Positions 13,706 through 28,090 are shown, numbered from the stretch's first letter. The stretch is 64,000 bases of DNA from Eledone cirrhosa (GCA_964016885.1 OZ024740.1:226362001-226426000), one strand, 5' to 3'. Program-made: numbers and translations. The notes: a model not told the origin generated them from the letters alone.

Positions 13706-13750
<45 letters not shown>

Positions 13751-13844
13751 TGTGTGTGTGTGTGTGTGTGTCTATATGCATGTATATATACTTCGTATAT
13801 ATATATATATGTTTGTATGTATGTATATATATATATATATATAA

Positions 13845-13905
13845 TGGAAAAATTTGAACAGGAACAAAACAGAGAGGCAGTACAACGAATGTTTATTAAT
13901 TTCAT
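13845..13905 (-). repeat. Inverted copy of the Neptune-type PLE 3' terminus
   Basis: Reverse complement of 13410-13470. Confidence 0.75.
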
Positions 13906-13925
13906 ATATATATATATATATATAT

Positions 13926-14711
13926 ATGAAAGACATAAAATAAGAAAATTTTAAAAATTAAAAATTAACTTACTAAAATGTTCACTCCAACTAATTAGTT
14001 TCTGTAAGTTTAGTAAGTAAGTTAATTTTTAATTTTTAAAACTTTCTTATTTTACGTCTTTCATATAATTGTTCTGCATCCTCCTGCATTGGACCACCTA
14101 GGTACTATGACATAACTTATGTATTTGCTAGCATTAGTGTACATCTGTACGCATATGTTGGTAAATATACTAATTCTCTATATTTATCTCCAAATTATTT
14201 ATTTGTTGAGCAAACTTGCCAAATCCACTACTAATTCATTGTAGTGGTAGTAGGCTTTTGTCATTATACCATCCCACTCCTCTGACTAGACTCAGTGTCA
14301 CGTGATTGATTCTTTAGAATCTGCCATTTGACCAGAGACAGTGAACTTTTTCAGTGCTATGGAATTTAGTCCCCGCTAGCTGTTCCATCCACCGAATTAT
14401 TATTTTTATATAAGTCCCTAGTGTCCGCGCATTGCCTGGAGACTTAGCTGAGAATAGACTCCCTGATGACGTAATGAATGCTCGATGGTTACATTACGTA
14501 ACTATCTTTATCCTATTACAGAAACTAATTAGTTGGAGTGAACATTTTAGTAAGTAAGTTAATTTTTAATTTTTAAAATTTTCTTATTTTACGTCTTTCA
14601 TATAATTGTTCTGCATCCTCCTGCATTGAACCACCTAGGTACTATGATATAACTTATGTATTTGCTAGCATTAGTGTACATCTGTACGCATATGTTGGTA
14701 AATATAGTAAT

Positions 14712-14716
<5 letters not shown>
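13926..14716 (+). mobile_element. Retrozyme-like non-coding element (1.3 units of 537 bp plus inverted 5' piece)
   Basis: 14009-14179 repeated at 14546-14716; 13926-14007 inverted; HHR inside; flanked by (TA)n/(CT)n. Confidence 0.8.
14458..14539 (+). ncRNA. Type I hammerhead ribozyme HH-A
   Basis: actcc CTGATGA c gtaatg...tattac a GAAAC taatta GTT ggagt; predicted cleavage after 14534. Confidence 0.8.
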
Positions 14717-14808
<92 letters not shown>

Positions 14809-14809
14809 A

Positions 14810-15000
14810 GTTGAAAAAATGAACAGACAACAAAAAACAGAGAGGCAGTACAAATGGTATGGTTTTTAGTTTCACGCTTGGCTTGAGAGTGGGAGCGAAG
14901 GAAGTGTGGCAAGGAACCAGGTGGACCATAACACACTAGAGTATTCGATACTTAGAGTAGTAGAGTGGGTATTAGGAAAAGATTCAGGACCCCGGCGTCC
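14810..15000 (-). repeat. PLE-like 3' tail (family shared with 15935-16055)
   Basis: Reverse-complement homology to 15960-16050; terminal gcgtgaaa...gtactgcctctctgtttt shared with the Neptune-type PLE end. Confidence 0.6.
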
Positions 15001-15359
15001 TGACTCTTTTCCTATATATAAAATAATACTACTGGCCTTCCGCAAAATACATATAGTTAGCACCCCAAACGTAAAATTGGGATTATACTAAGGTATATCC
15101 TAATGTTAGTTGAGTGAGATGGAAGCCAGTCAGAGTATAGCTTAAGGCTTTCTCTGTTAATGTATTGAATATATATATATATATATATATTTCTCTTGCT
15201 TGTATGTGGTGTATTTTGGTATGACATAAGTGTATGTATTTGTATGTATATATATATATTGTGCACGTATGAGGTAATTATTATGATGTGTGTATATGTG
15301 ATATTGGTATATGTGGTGTGTGTGTATGTACATGTGATATTGGTATGTATATGTGTATG

Positions 15360-15615
15360 TACGAAGGCAATCCCAAAAGTAAGGTCTCCAAAGCGATGGG
15401 GACACAGAGAAACTGTTCATACGGCTGTTGGCAACACTGTTGTCATTGGTGCTTCCTTCACTCCCAAACAAGCATGCGTGTGCTTCGCTGGGTTTCCCAA
15501 TCTTGGCTTGGCAGCCATTGAGAATGGGGCTCCCGTTGAACGCTACCGCCAAGTGCGAAGTTCGCGCAGTTATTCGGTTTTTGAACGCAAAAGGCATTGA
15601 ACCAATTGAAATTCA
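15360..15615 (+). mobile_element. Mariner 5' end
   Basis: TIR tacgaaggcaatcccaaaagtaaggtctcc; MGLPLNATAKCEVRAVIRFLNAKGIEPIEIH. Confidence 0.8.
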
Positions 15616-15873
15616 TGTATATATATATGTATATACTTGTATATATTTTGTGTGTATGTCGTACTTATATATTTTGTGATGTGTTTGTATGTATGTGGTA
15701 TTTCTATATATGGTGATGATTGTATAAGTGATGTATATGTATGTTGTGTTTGTTTTTGTAGTATGTGTGTTTTGCAGTATTTGTGTATATGGAGTTGGGA
15801 ATTATGGGTTTATTTAAAAGCATGATATATGTTTCTGACAAACATCTTGTAGACGTGGTGAATATATATATAT

Positions 15874-15980
15874 ATAGGAAAATGTTTAACCCCGACGGCA
15901 GAGCTCAAGCGGTTTCGACATTTCTGGACTAGCCGTCGAAACGGCTTGAGCTCTGCCGTCGGGGTTAAACATTTTCCTAT
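15874..15980. repeat. 46-bp-arm inverted repeat (fold-back 5' end)
   Basis: 15874-15919 vs 15935-15980, one mismatch. Confidence 0.9.
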
Positions 15981-16071
15981 TACCCACTCTACTACCCTAA
16001 GTATTGAGTACTCTGGTGCGTTATGGTCCATCTGGTTCCTTACCACACTTGCTTTGTTATGTAGATATATA

Positions 16072-16132
<61 letters not shown>

Positions 16133-16134
<2 letters not shown>

Positions 16135-19094
16135 AATATCAGCTTACGCACCCCAATCGTGGTTGCCAGATGAACTTAAGGATAGATTTTACGAGTCCCT
16201 AATGCACACTACTCCTCTAACAAACGACAATGACTTCCTAATCATCGCAGGAGATTTTAATGGACACGTAGGTAAACACTGTGACGGCTTCAATAGAGTC
16301 CATGGAGGCCACAGGGTTGGCACAAGAAATGAGGAAGGATTCAGACTTCTAGAAATCTGCGACGCCAATGACATGTCGATATGTAACACAAACTTCAAAA
16401 AACCCGACAACCACCTGATCACCTATAGATCAGGGGAGCACTCTAGTCAGATAGATTTTATCCTCATCAGAGGATGTGACAGATGGAAGGTCGTAAACAC
16501 AAAAGCCTACCCTAGTGAGAAATGTACCTCCCAACATAGCTTAGTTGTCAGCGACCTCACGGTCAGAACTAGTCGAACCTGGCAACAGAGGCCAACCTGG
16601 AGAAGAAAGATCTGGAAGCTGAAAGACCCCTCAGCCAGTAACAGATTTAAAGATATTTTACTCAACGCCTACGACAGTAAAGAAGAACATATAGAGACAT
16701 TCAATGTAGAAGAGCACTGGGAGTTCCTAAAAAATAACTTACTAGAGGCAACGGATGAGGTCTGTGGCTGGAGTAAGACCACAAGCAGGAGGAGAGGGAC
16801 TTGGTAGTGGGACAATAAGGTAGATGAGGCAGTTAAGGCCAAGAGACAGGCATGGAAAGAATGGAAGAACGGGGGGAGCAGGGTACATTACATAGAGACC
16901 AAGAGGGAAGCTAGGCGACAAGTATACTTAGCTAGGAGGGAAGCAGAGGATAGAAAATTCAAGCATGTTTTGCAACGTGAGGACCAGCAACAGTAGGTGT
17001 TCAAGATTGCGAGGCAGTGTGTCAGAGAGAATTGTGATGTCATTGGAGAGAAGTTTATCCGGAATGATAAAGTTGAGCTTGCCCTCACAAGTGCTGAGAA
17101 GAAAGATGCATGGAAGAGCCAGTATGATAGATTACTAAATGATGAGAATGCATGGGAAGAAGAGATCCTACTCCAAGTAGAACCTATAGAGGGGCCAGCA
17201 GTACAAGTCAGCAGCAGCGTAGTAAGTAAGGCAATCAAAGATATGTAGATGGGGAAGGCAACCGGTCCATCGGGTATAGCTGCCGAGATGCTGAAGGCAT
17301 CTGGGTCTATAGGTCACACGTATTGTTAACCAGGTAATACTAGAAGGTGTCATACCAAAAGATTGGTGCAGTAGCATCATTGTCAACTGCTACAAAGGTA
17401 AAGGTGATGCACTAGGTAGAGGAAACTATAGAGGTATGAAGCTGATGGACCAGGTCATGAAAGTAACAGAAAGAGTTATAGCACAGTTCATTAGGGACCG
17501 GATGAAAATAGATGAGATGCAATTTGGGTTTGTACCAGGAAGAGGCACCACTGATGCCCTCTTTCTTGTGAGGCAGTTACAGGAAAAGTACCTAGCTAAA
17601 AGTAAGCCACTCTACCTGGCATTCGTCTATCTCGAGAAAGCCTTTGACAGAGTTCCACGTGCTGTAATCTGTACAAGCCATGTATAGGGGAGCAGTCAGC
17701 AAAGTTAGGATTAGCAAGGAGTATAGCGAGGAATTTAGCGTACAGGTTGGGGTCCACCAGGGCTCTGTTCTTAGCCCTCTCCTGTTCATTATAGCTTTGC
17801 AGGCAATAACGGAGGAGTTTAAGACCTGATGCCCATGGAAACTCCTGTATGTTAATGACCTCGCACTTATAGCTGAATCTATGGTAGAACTAGAGAATAA
17901 ATTCCAAACTTGGAAGCAGGGACTAGAAAGAAAGGGTCTCAAAGTCAACATGACAAAGACTAAGGTCTTTGTAAGTAGACGAGAAAACAGAACCCAGATC
18001 CCCTCAGCGAAATGGCCTTGCTCAATATGTAGGAAAGGTGTAGGTAGGAACTCCATTCTCTGCCACAAATGCAAACAATGGGTACACAAGAGATGTGTGG
18101 GATCTCAGGAAGCTTAATTAAGAATGTAGGCTTCACACGCAGCAGCTGTGCTGGGACAGCAAGCAGCAAACAGCCACAGGAAACAAGTACCACCAATCTC
18201 TGGGAGGGCTCTGTAGAAACAGTAGACAGCTTATGCTACCTAGGTGACCGAATTAGCAGCGAAGGTGGGTGTTCAGAAAGTACAATAACTAGGGTAAGAA
18301 CGGGATGGAAGAAGTTCAGGGAACTACTGACACTGCTAGATGCAAAAGGCTTCTCCCTCAAAATGAAAGGCAGACTGTATGATGACTGTATGTTACATGG
18401 TATTGAGACCTGGGCGCTGCAGGTGGAAGACTTACGTAGATTAGAAAGAAACGAAGCCTGCATGCTCCGATGGATGTGTAATAGTAATATACGCGAACGA
18501 CAAAGCATAAATGAATTGAGAGAGAGACTGAGCATAAAGGGAATCAAATGGTGTGTGCAGGAGAGGCGGTTGCGTTGGTATGGACATGTGATGCGTATGA
18601 AGGATGACAGCTGCATAAAAAGGTGCAAAGCACTAGAAGTTAATGGAGACCGCGGAGTGGGGAGACCCAAGACGACCTGGGATGAGGTGATAAAAGCCGA
18701 CCTTACCCAATTACACCTCTCAAAGGTGATGACACACGATCGTGACCTCTGGCGTCAAAGAGTAATACAGAGTACCCGACCTCCCATGGGTACAAGCTGA
18801 AGCATATAGACAATATGCCCCCACACACTCCCACTGCAAGGTGGTCATGGACGTGCCACGGCAAAAAAGCACCCAGCCTCCACTGTAAAGTGGACGTGTA
18901 GGCGCCACGGAAAAAGCAGCCAGCACTCACTGTAAATGCGGTTGGTGTTAGGAAGGGCATCCAGCTGTAGAAAGCAAGCCAAATCAGTTCCTGTATGAGC
19001 AAAGCATGGTCAGCCGACCAGACACTGCCCGCAACAGGGCAACCCGTCTAACACATGCTAGCATGGAAGAACGGACGTAAAACGGTGATGATGA

Positions 19095-19098
<4 letters not shown>
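16133..19098 (+). mobile_element. RTE LINE (subfamily 2), APE-RT-PHD, degenerate
   Basis: IISAYAPQ...AGDFNGHVG...SQIDFIL; QFGFVPGRGTTDA...DLEKAFD-like; VGVHQGSVLSPLLF; multiple stops; (GAT)n tail. Confidence 0.92.
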
Positions 19099-19147
<49 letters not shown>

Positions 19148-19161
19148 AATATAACATCAGT

Positions 19162-19254
19162 GATCTCGGTAGACAAGAGGGGTAGTTGGCCTTGATAAGC
19201 TTCAACCAAAACGAAACAAGACTTGTCGGCTTATCTCCCCTGTTTGCTGAGATC
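19162..19254 (+). ncRNA. Type I hammerhead, U3:A8 variant with extended stem I (HH-D)
   Basis: ggcc TTGATAA gctt-caacca-aaac GAAAC aag a ctt GTC ggct; outer 14-bp stem gatctcggtagaca/tgtttgctgagatc. Confidence 0.65.
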
Positions 19255-19357
19255 AAAGTAAGTGAATTTGTCACTACTTTAAAACAATAGCTTACGGTCT
19301 TCAAAATGCTTTTAATTAAGCATAAAGTGTATTGCAAAATACATTATATATGCATCC

Positions 19358-19486
<129 letters not shown>

Positions 19487-19633
19487 CGTTATTCCGGGTT
19501 GAATCGGAGGTAACCACAGTAAGTAAGGTACTCAATACATAGCAGAGTATAAAAGTTTTAATATAGATGAGATTCTACAGGACTAGAACTGTTTCATTCA
19601 TTAGAAATCATCAGGATTCCTGATGATTTCTAA
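19487..19633 (-). mobile_element. Short element with HHR-like core and 16-bp fold-back (HH-F); second copy at 44077-44262
   Basis: Minus strand CTGATGA tttc-taat-gaat GAAAC agttcta GTC; palindrome 19601-19633. Confidence 0.55.
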
Positions 19634-22422
19634 CACTACCTCGACCTTCGGCCCTCCCCCATTCCCTCCACCCCACCCTCCTTCGCCTCGCCGAGCTGGT
19701 CCTCACCCTAAATTGTTTCTCCTTCTCGGGTGAGTTTTACCAACAGGTCACGGAGGTAGCCATGGGCACAAGAATGGGCCCGGACTATGCCAACCTTTTT
19801 GTTGGCCATGTTGAGGCCCAAATCTTTGCCCAGTTCACCGGCCCCACGCCCGAACTGTACGGTCGTTACATTGACGACTGTATCGGAGCCACGACCCTCA
19901 CCCGAGTACAGCTCGACTCCTTTCTCTCCTTCTTCTGCTCCTTCCACCCCTCCTTCCACCCCTCCCTCCACTTCACCACCTCTATCTCCACCACCCACGT
20001 CCACTTCTTGGACATCTCCGTCGCCTTCGACCCCTCCCACCACTCCCTCGTCACCTCCGCCTTCTTCAAACCCACTGACTCCCACTCTTACCTCGACTTC
20101 ACCTCTTCCCACCCCACCCACACTAAACTCTCCATTCCCTACTCCCAACTTCTCAGGATCCGCCGCCTCTGTAGCCGAGATGCTGACTTCGAGTCCCAGG
20201 CCCTTTCCCTAGTCAGCCATTTCATCCGAAGAGGTTACCCCCCTCTCTCGTCCACACCGCTCTCACCCGCGCCCACGCTATCCCCCGTTCCACCACCCTC
20301 ACCCCACGCCACCGCACACCCACCCACCGTCTCCCCTTCCCCATCACCTACCACCCCTCCACCTTACCCCTCCACCGAACCATCCGCCGCCTCTTCCGAC
20401 CCCTCCACCTCCCACATCTTCCCAACCCCACCACTCCCCTCCTTCAAACGCGCACGCAATCTCCGCACCCTCCTCGTCCACAGCTCCCTACCCCCCAACC
20501 CACGCTCCGCCCCCCCCCCGGTTCCTTCCCCTGTTCTAGGCCCCGCTGCAACACCTGTCCTCACATCACCAACACCACCACCTTCCAGGGTCCCAACGGC
20601 CACCCTCTCTCGGTCCGGCATGCCTTCCGCTGCACCTCCTCCAACCTAGTCTACGGACTTCGTTGCACGGAGTGCAGCGCGACTTATGTCAGACAGACGG
20701 GACGTCGCCTGGCGGACCGAGTCACGGAGCACCTCCGGGATATTCGTCTCGGGGGCAGTTCCTCCATCGCCCGCCACTTTGGTGGCCCTGGACACTCCGC
20801 ACGCCATCTCACAGTCTGTGGCCTACTCCAGTGCCACGGAACACCCGCCCATCGCCTTACGGTCGAACAACGCACTATCTTCATCTTACAGACCCACACT
20901 CCCCCCGGCCTGAACTCCCCACCCTTATTCCTTTAGCGTTCGACCGCCCCCCCCCCCCCCACACTTATCCCCCACTAACACCACTAACACACCCCTCCTT
21001 TTCACCGCCCACCCCACACTAACAATACTAACACCGCCACTCCACCCCTCATCTGACCACCCTTCCTCAACTAACATACTAACATCCCTTCCCTCCCCTC
21101 TTCTCCTCCTCCCCCCTCCTTATCACACGCACACACGCACCCACTTACACCACCCACCCCACACGCAACTAACATCACTAACACCCTCCAACCCCACGCA
21201 CACGTACCCACACACCCTCGTATACCACCAACTCTACACACCCTACCCCCACTAACCCCCACTCACACCTGCATTCCACCCCTCCCCACCTCCCGTATAC
21301 TAACACGCACTAACACCTCTTCACCAAACTACACACACACCAGTACACCACACTCCCTCCATAGAACCACACACACCCTTCTCTCCCCGCTCCACACTCA
21401 CTCATCCCACTAACACCCCTACTAATACACACACACACACACACACACACACCCTCCTCACTCCAACTCTCACACCTACCCATCCTCGCCTCCCTACCAT
21501 TCCGCCGACTGCTGCTATGCCTTTCCGACCACTGTCTCAGCACCAACTGACCACAGCACTCCCACTGCTGACCACTTCCTGTTGCGCGCGCACCCCACAT
21601 CTCTCCTCTTCCGACCACCGCTTCTTGGATTACCCACACGCGATATTGACTTCTAACCAAAATCTCCAAACATCCGTGTAACTTACCAACTTTTCAACCA
21701 TCCTCTTACACCATCACCTATATAACTCACCCACACACACACCCCAAACAATTTTTTTTATCCACACGCCACCCACACCCACAACACGCTTAAACCACAC
21801 ACACGTGCTTCCCACCACATATTTACACCCTCAGCCTCCTGATTCCTCTCCCCCCACCCCCCTATCCACACACGCACAGACCCTCCGATCCACAAAAACA
21901 CCCCCCACACACACCTTCCTGAACATGCAACCCCGTTCTTCCCCCAACCCTCACTTTCACATACACACACACACACACGCACACCTAACCACACACACCA
22001 CATTCAGCCTTCCCCGCTCGGACACCCCGTCTCCCTCTCCCCACTCCACCCGCCACCACCCCTACTCACCCCACACCCTTCCACCACCTGTTTACCCCCC
22101 TTTTAATTTCAGTTTATTTTGATCATGCCTTTATTTTTAAATTTTCTCATTCCTTGTATTTTGATCATGCTTTATTTTTATTTATTATTTATTATATTTT
22201 TGTCTTTATTTGTTAATTTTTCATTCGCACCGTTTCCTTTCGCTATATGTCTCTCCATCACTCCCCTACACACCTTTTGAACTCTGTTCCCACACACTTC
22301 TCACCTGAAGAAGGGCTTATGCCCGAAACGTCGTCCCCCACCTACCCCCCCCACTCTCCTGAGCGTGAATTTAATAAACATTTATCGTACTGCCTCTCTG
22401 TTCTGTCCCTGTTCAATTTTTC

Positions 22423-22425
<3 letters not shown>
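19634..22425 (+). mobile_element. Penelope-like element (Neptune-type), C-rich, 5'-truncated
   Basis: LVLTLNCFSFSGEFYQQ..AMGTRMGPDYANLFVG...RYIDD...FLD; GIY-YIG NLVYGLRCTECSATYVRQTGR; stop at 20936. Confidence 0.92.
22301..22335 (+). ncRNA. Minimal PLE-type hammerhead motif (HH-E)
   Basis: CTGAAGA a gggc-ttat-gccc GAAACGTC. Confidence 0.65.
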
Positions 22426-22514
<89 letters not shown>

Positions 22515-22517
<3 letters not shown>

Positions 22518-22972
22518 TGTGGGCTGGGTGCTATTTTGCCGTGGCATCTCCACGACCACTTTGCAGTGGAATGATAGGGACCCCAGTCCTATGATCTCAT
22601 TTTTACAGCTGAGTAAACTGGCCTTGCAATCTAAAGGTTGTGAGTTCAATTCTCAGACCGGGTGATGTGTTGTTTCCTTGAACAAGACACTTTATTTCAC
22701 ATTGCCCCAATTTACTCAGCTGTAAAAATGAGATCATAGGACTGGGGTCCCTATCATTCCAATGCAAAGTAGTCGTGGAGGTGCCACGGCAAAATAGCAC
22801 CCAGCCCACACTGTAAAGTGGACGTGTAGGAGCCACGGAAAAAAAGCACCCACCACTCACTGTAAATGAGGTTAGGAAGGGCATCAAGCTGTAGAAATCA
22901 AGCCAGAATCAGTTCCTGTCCCACCCTTTCAAGCTGGGAAAAGCAGACGTAAAATGATGATGATGATGATGA
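22515..22972 (+). mobile_element. CORE-type tRNA SINE with inverted 5' duplication
   Basis: 22515-22618 is the reverse complement of ~22710-22812; RTE-type tail and (GAT)n. Confidence 0.8.
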
Positions 22973-23159
22973 TATATATATATAGCAATAATAATAAATT
23001 TGAAGACTAAAATCCAAAGAAGGCTCGCTAAGGATAAATATATATCAAATCATAGAGCAAATGTTTATTAAAATAACAGTTTAAAGTTTAAGCAAAGAAT
23101 CGCTGATATATATATATTCGCTAACAGGATCTTATATATAACTATCTAGACTATCTATC

Positions 23160-23953
23160 TAAAAGCAAACAAATTTTGCTTTCAATCATCAGAATGAAAA
23201 AATACTGGTGTTTTTATTGACGTTGGATTTTAAAAACAAACATGCAATCTATATGAAAGTGAGGCTGGAAAGGAAAAATAAAATAAAAACACACATGCAA
23301 ACACCCACACAATTATATACATACACAAATATATATATGTATATATATATATATACATACATACACACACACATATATACACACACAGACACACATATAT
23401 ATGTGTATATATATACATACACATACATATACACATACATATATACACACATAAATATCACCATATCCATACATACACATACATATATACAACCACACAC
23501 ACATATATATATATATATATACACATACACATACATACACATATACATACACATACATACATACATACACACAATCATACGTATATACACACGTATATAC
23601 ATACACATACATACACACATATATACACGGATACATACGCATGCACAAAAATAGAAATATATACACACACCTCTACATACTCACACACACAAATAAATAT
23701 AAGAAAAAATATATATAATAATAAAAAACATAAAAATGAATAGAAAGACTATTTTAATGTTGACAGCGATACAGGCAACAAACAAATGAACAAACACACG
23801 TGGTAAACAATACACACAAACGCACGTACACATACATACGTAAAAATAAATACATACACGCACTCTCACACATAAATATACATATACAAATACATAAACA
23901 CATACATACGCATACACAAATATATATACACACACACACACATATACATATAT

Positions 23954-23988
<35 letters not shown>

Positions 23989-24120
23989 CACCTACATACA
24001 TAACCATACAAATATACACATACATATCACAAACACGTACATACAAATACAATCACACACATATGTATGTGTGTAAAATTCATTCTTAGATAATTCAAAT
24101 GAACCTTATTTAACTCTAAA
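23160..24120 (-). mobile_element. Microsatellite-rich PLE terminal-repeat unit ending in a truncated HH-C
   Basis: Conserved blocks aaggttcatttg, gtgtgagagtg, tatcgctgtcaa, ccagcctcactttcatatagattg, ttcattCTGATGAttgaaagc. Confidence 0.65.
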
Positions 24121-24267
24121 ATATATATATATATATATACACATATATATATATATATATTGTAGTAGTTTCAGAAGATCCCGTTAAGGGTGAAAGCAGC
24201 GATTCTTTGCTTAAACTTTAATCTGTTATTTTAATAAATATATATATATATATATATATTCTATTCT

Positions 24268-24481
24268 AAGGCGGGTAAAATTCCCGAGATCCATGGACGA
24301 GTTCTCTCCAGCGGTCTCTGTCCCTCATTATCGCTGCCATGTCCTGCGTCTCCAACAGACCAGTGTCTGTCCTTAGGGCATCAACATACGTTAACCTTGG
24401 TCTCCGCTTCTAGTGTGTCCATGTAGGGGCTCCCAAAGGAGCACTGAGTGCAATCTCAACTCTGGATGTCAGTGAGCATGT

Positions 24482-24485
<4 letters not shown>
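24268..24485 (-). mobile_element. RTE-type 3' end fragment
   Basis: Near-identical to 8213-8428. Confidence 0.7.
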
Positions 24486-24544
<59 letters not shown>

Positions 24545-24599
24545 CATATACATACACATACAAACACATACATACTCACATACACATATATACCTACAC

Positions 24600-26258
<1,659 letters not shown>

Positions 26259-26289
26259 AGAACAGCAGCGGTTTTACAGAACATATTTA

Positions 26290-26895
26290 TTATTTACCTA
26301 TTATCCCCTAAAACTAACCACAATAATAGGAAAAGGAAAATTATTTGGTTTACACCCCCCTTCTCTCTAACTGTCAAAACTACTGTAGGAAGGAAATTCC
26401 TTGAACTCTTAGATAAACATTTTCCACCAAATCATAGATATTATAAGATATTTAATAGAATTGTAGTTAAGATCAGTTACTCTTGTTGCCCATCAATGAA
26501 GTCCAAGATCACTAATTCAAATCATACGAGAACAAATCCAGGATGCAGTTGCAGGAAGCCGGATGAACGCCCATTGCAGGGCAAATGTAACACCAAATCT
26601 GTTGTTTATGAGGCTAAAGTGACACCTTTATAACTCAACCACCTTGAACTCCTTTCCTGCTCTTTACTTCCACTACGGTTTTTTTACCTGCTGAATCCAC
26701 GTTCTGTACTCTTGTATTCTCTTTCTCCCTTATCTCCCCTTATATTTAAACCTTTTCCTATGTCATTTATTTCCCCCCTCTTTTTCCCCCCTATATATTT
26801 TTTTTTTGCCTTACCCTTCACATAACAAATTTTTTTTTATTTTTAGATCTTAATATTTTTTTTTTGTGTTGCGTATATGTATGTATATGTGTATG

Positions 26896-26984
<89 letters not shown>

Positions 26985-27620
26985 GTGTGTGTGTATGTAT
27001 GTGTGTGTATATGTATATGTGTATGTATATATGTGTGTGTATGTATGTTTATATCTATCTGTATGTATATGTATATATAATCGTATATATTATATATTTC
27101 TGTTGTATTTGTGCGCGTGTGTGTATATATTTATATGTATGTATGTATGTATGTGTGTATATATGTGTGTATATATATGTGTGTCTGTATATGTGTGTAT
27201 GTATGTATGTGTGTATATATAGATTTAATGTGTGTGTATGGGCGTGTGTATATTTGGGCGTGTATATGTATTTTTTTATATAATGGTTTTGTGTGTATAT
27301 ATATAATTGTTTCTACTTTTGGCACAAGGCCAGTAATTACGCAGTGCATTACTGGTACTTTATTTTATCGACGCCGTAAGGATGAAAGGCAAAGTTAACC
27401 TCGGCGGGATTTGAACTCAGACCATAGAGGGACATAACTTTGCTGGAAAGCATGGCGTCTGACTCTCTACCGATACTGCCAATCCACCGCCTGAGGCTAT
27501 TATATATATAATAGCCTCAGAAAAGGCTTGAGCTCTGCCGTGGGGTCAGACTTTTTCCTATGTGTGTGTGCATATATATATATACGTAATTGTATGCGTG
27601 TGTGTATTTCTGTGGTTGTG

Positions 27621-27697
<77 letters not shown>

Positions 27698-27990
27698 ATA
27701 TATATGTGTATATGTGTGTGTATATGTATATGTATATACGTGTGTATGTATATGCATCATTACATATAGTGATTTAATGATTATTTTCATTGATCTTTGG
27801 CTCCAGGCACTTGTTGAGTGCTCTAAATCTGCTATAAACATTTATACCCATTTCTAAATATATATTTTTTTATTTATTATTTGTCGTATTCCCAACTTTT
27901 TATTTTCATTTTTATTTTTATTTTTATTTTTATTTTTATTTTTATTTTTATTTTTATTTTTATTTTTATATATTCAATATTTTTTTTATA
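26290..27990 (+). mobile_element. PLE fragment (thumb/linker, EN deleted) plus tail
   Basis: KRKIIWFTPPFS...FLELLDKHFP...KISYSCCPS...GCSCRKPDE...KSVVYEAK joined directly to the C-terminal ITQPP*. Confidence 0.8.
27306..27491 (-). mobile_element. SINE family 2
   Basis: Homology to 44399-44588. Confidence 0.8.
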
Positions 27991-27997
27991 TATACAA

Positions 27998-28090
<93 letters not shown>

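Noticed and set aside
24169-24215. CAGAAGA-ccc/ggg-GAAAG as a hammerhead
   Set aside because: U4 missing, and no convincing stem III/NUH or stem I in any of the three copies
27491-27530. Hairpin ctgaggctatta...taatagcctcag followed by GAAA as a hammerhead
   Set aside because: No CTGANGA core; the left arm is absent in the sister copy at 25100 and seems to be a SINE-junction inversion
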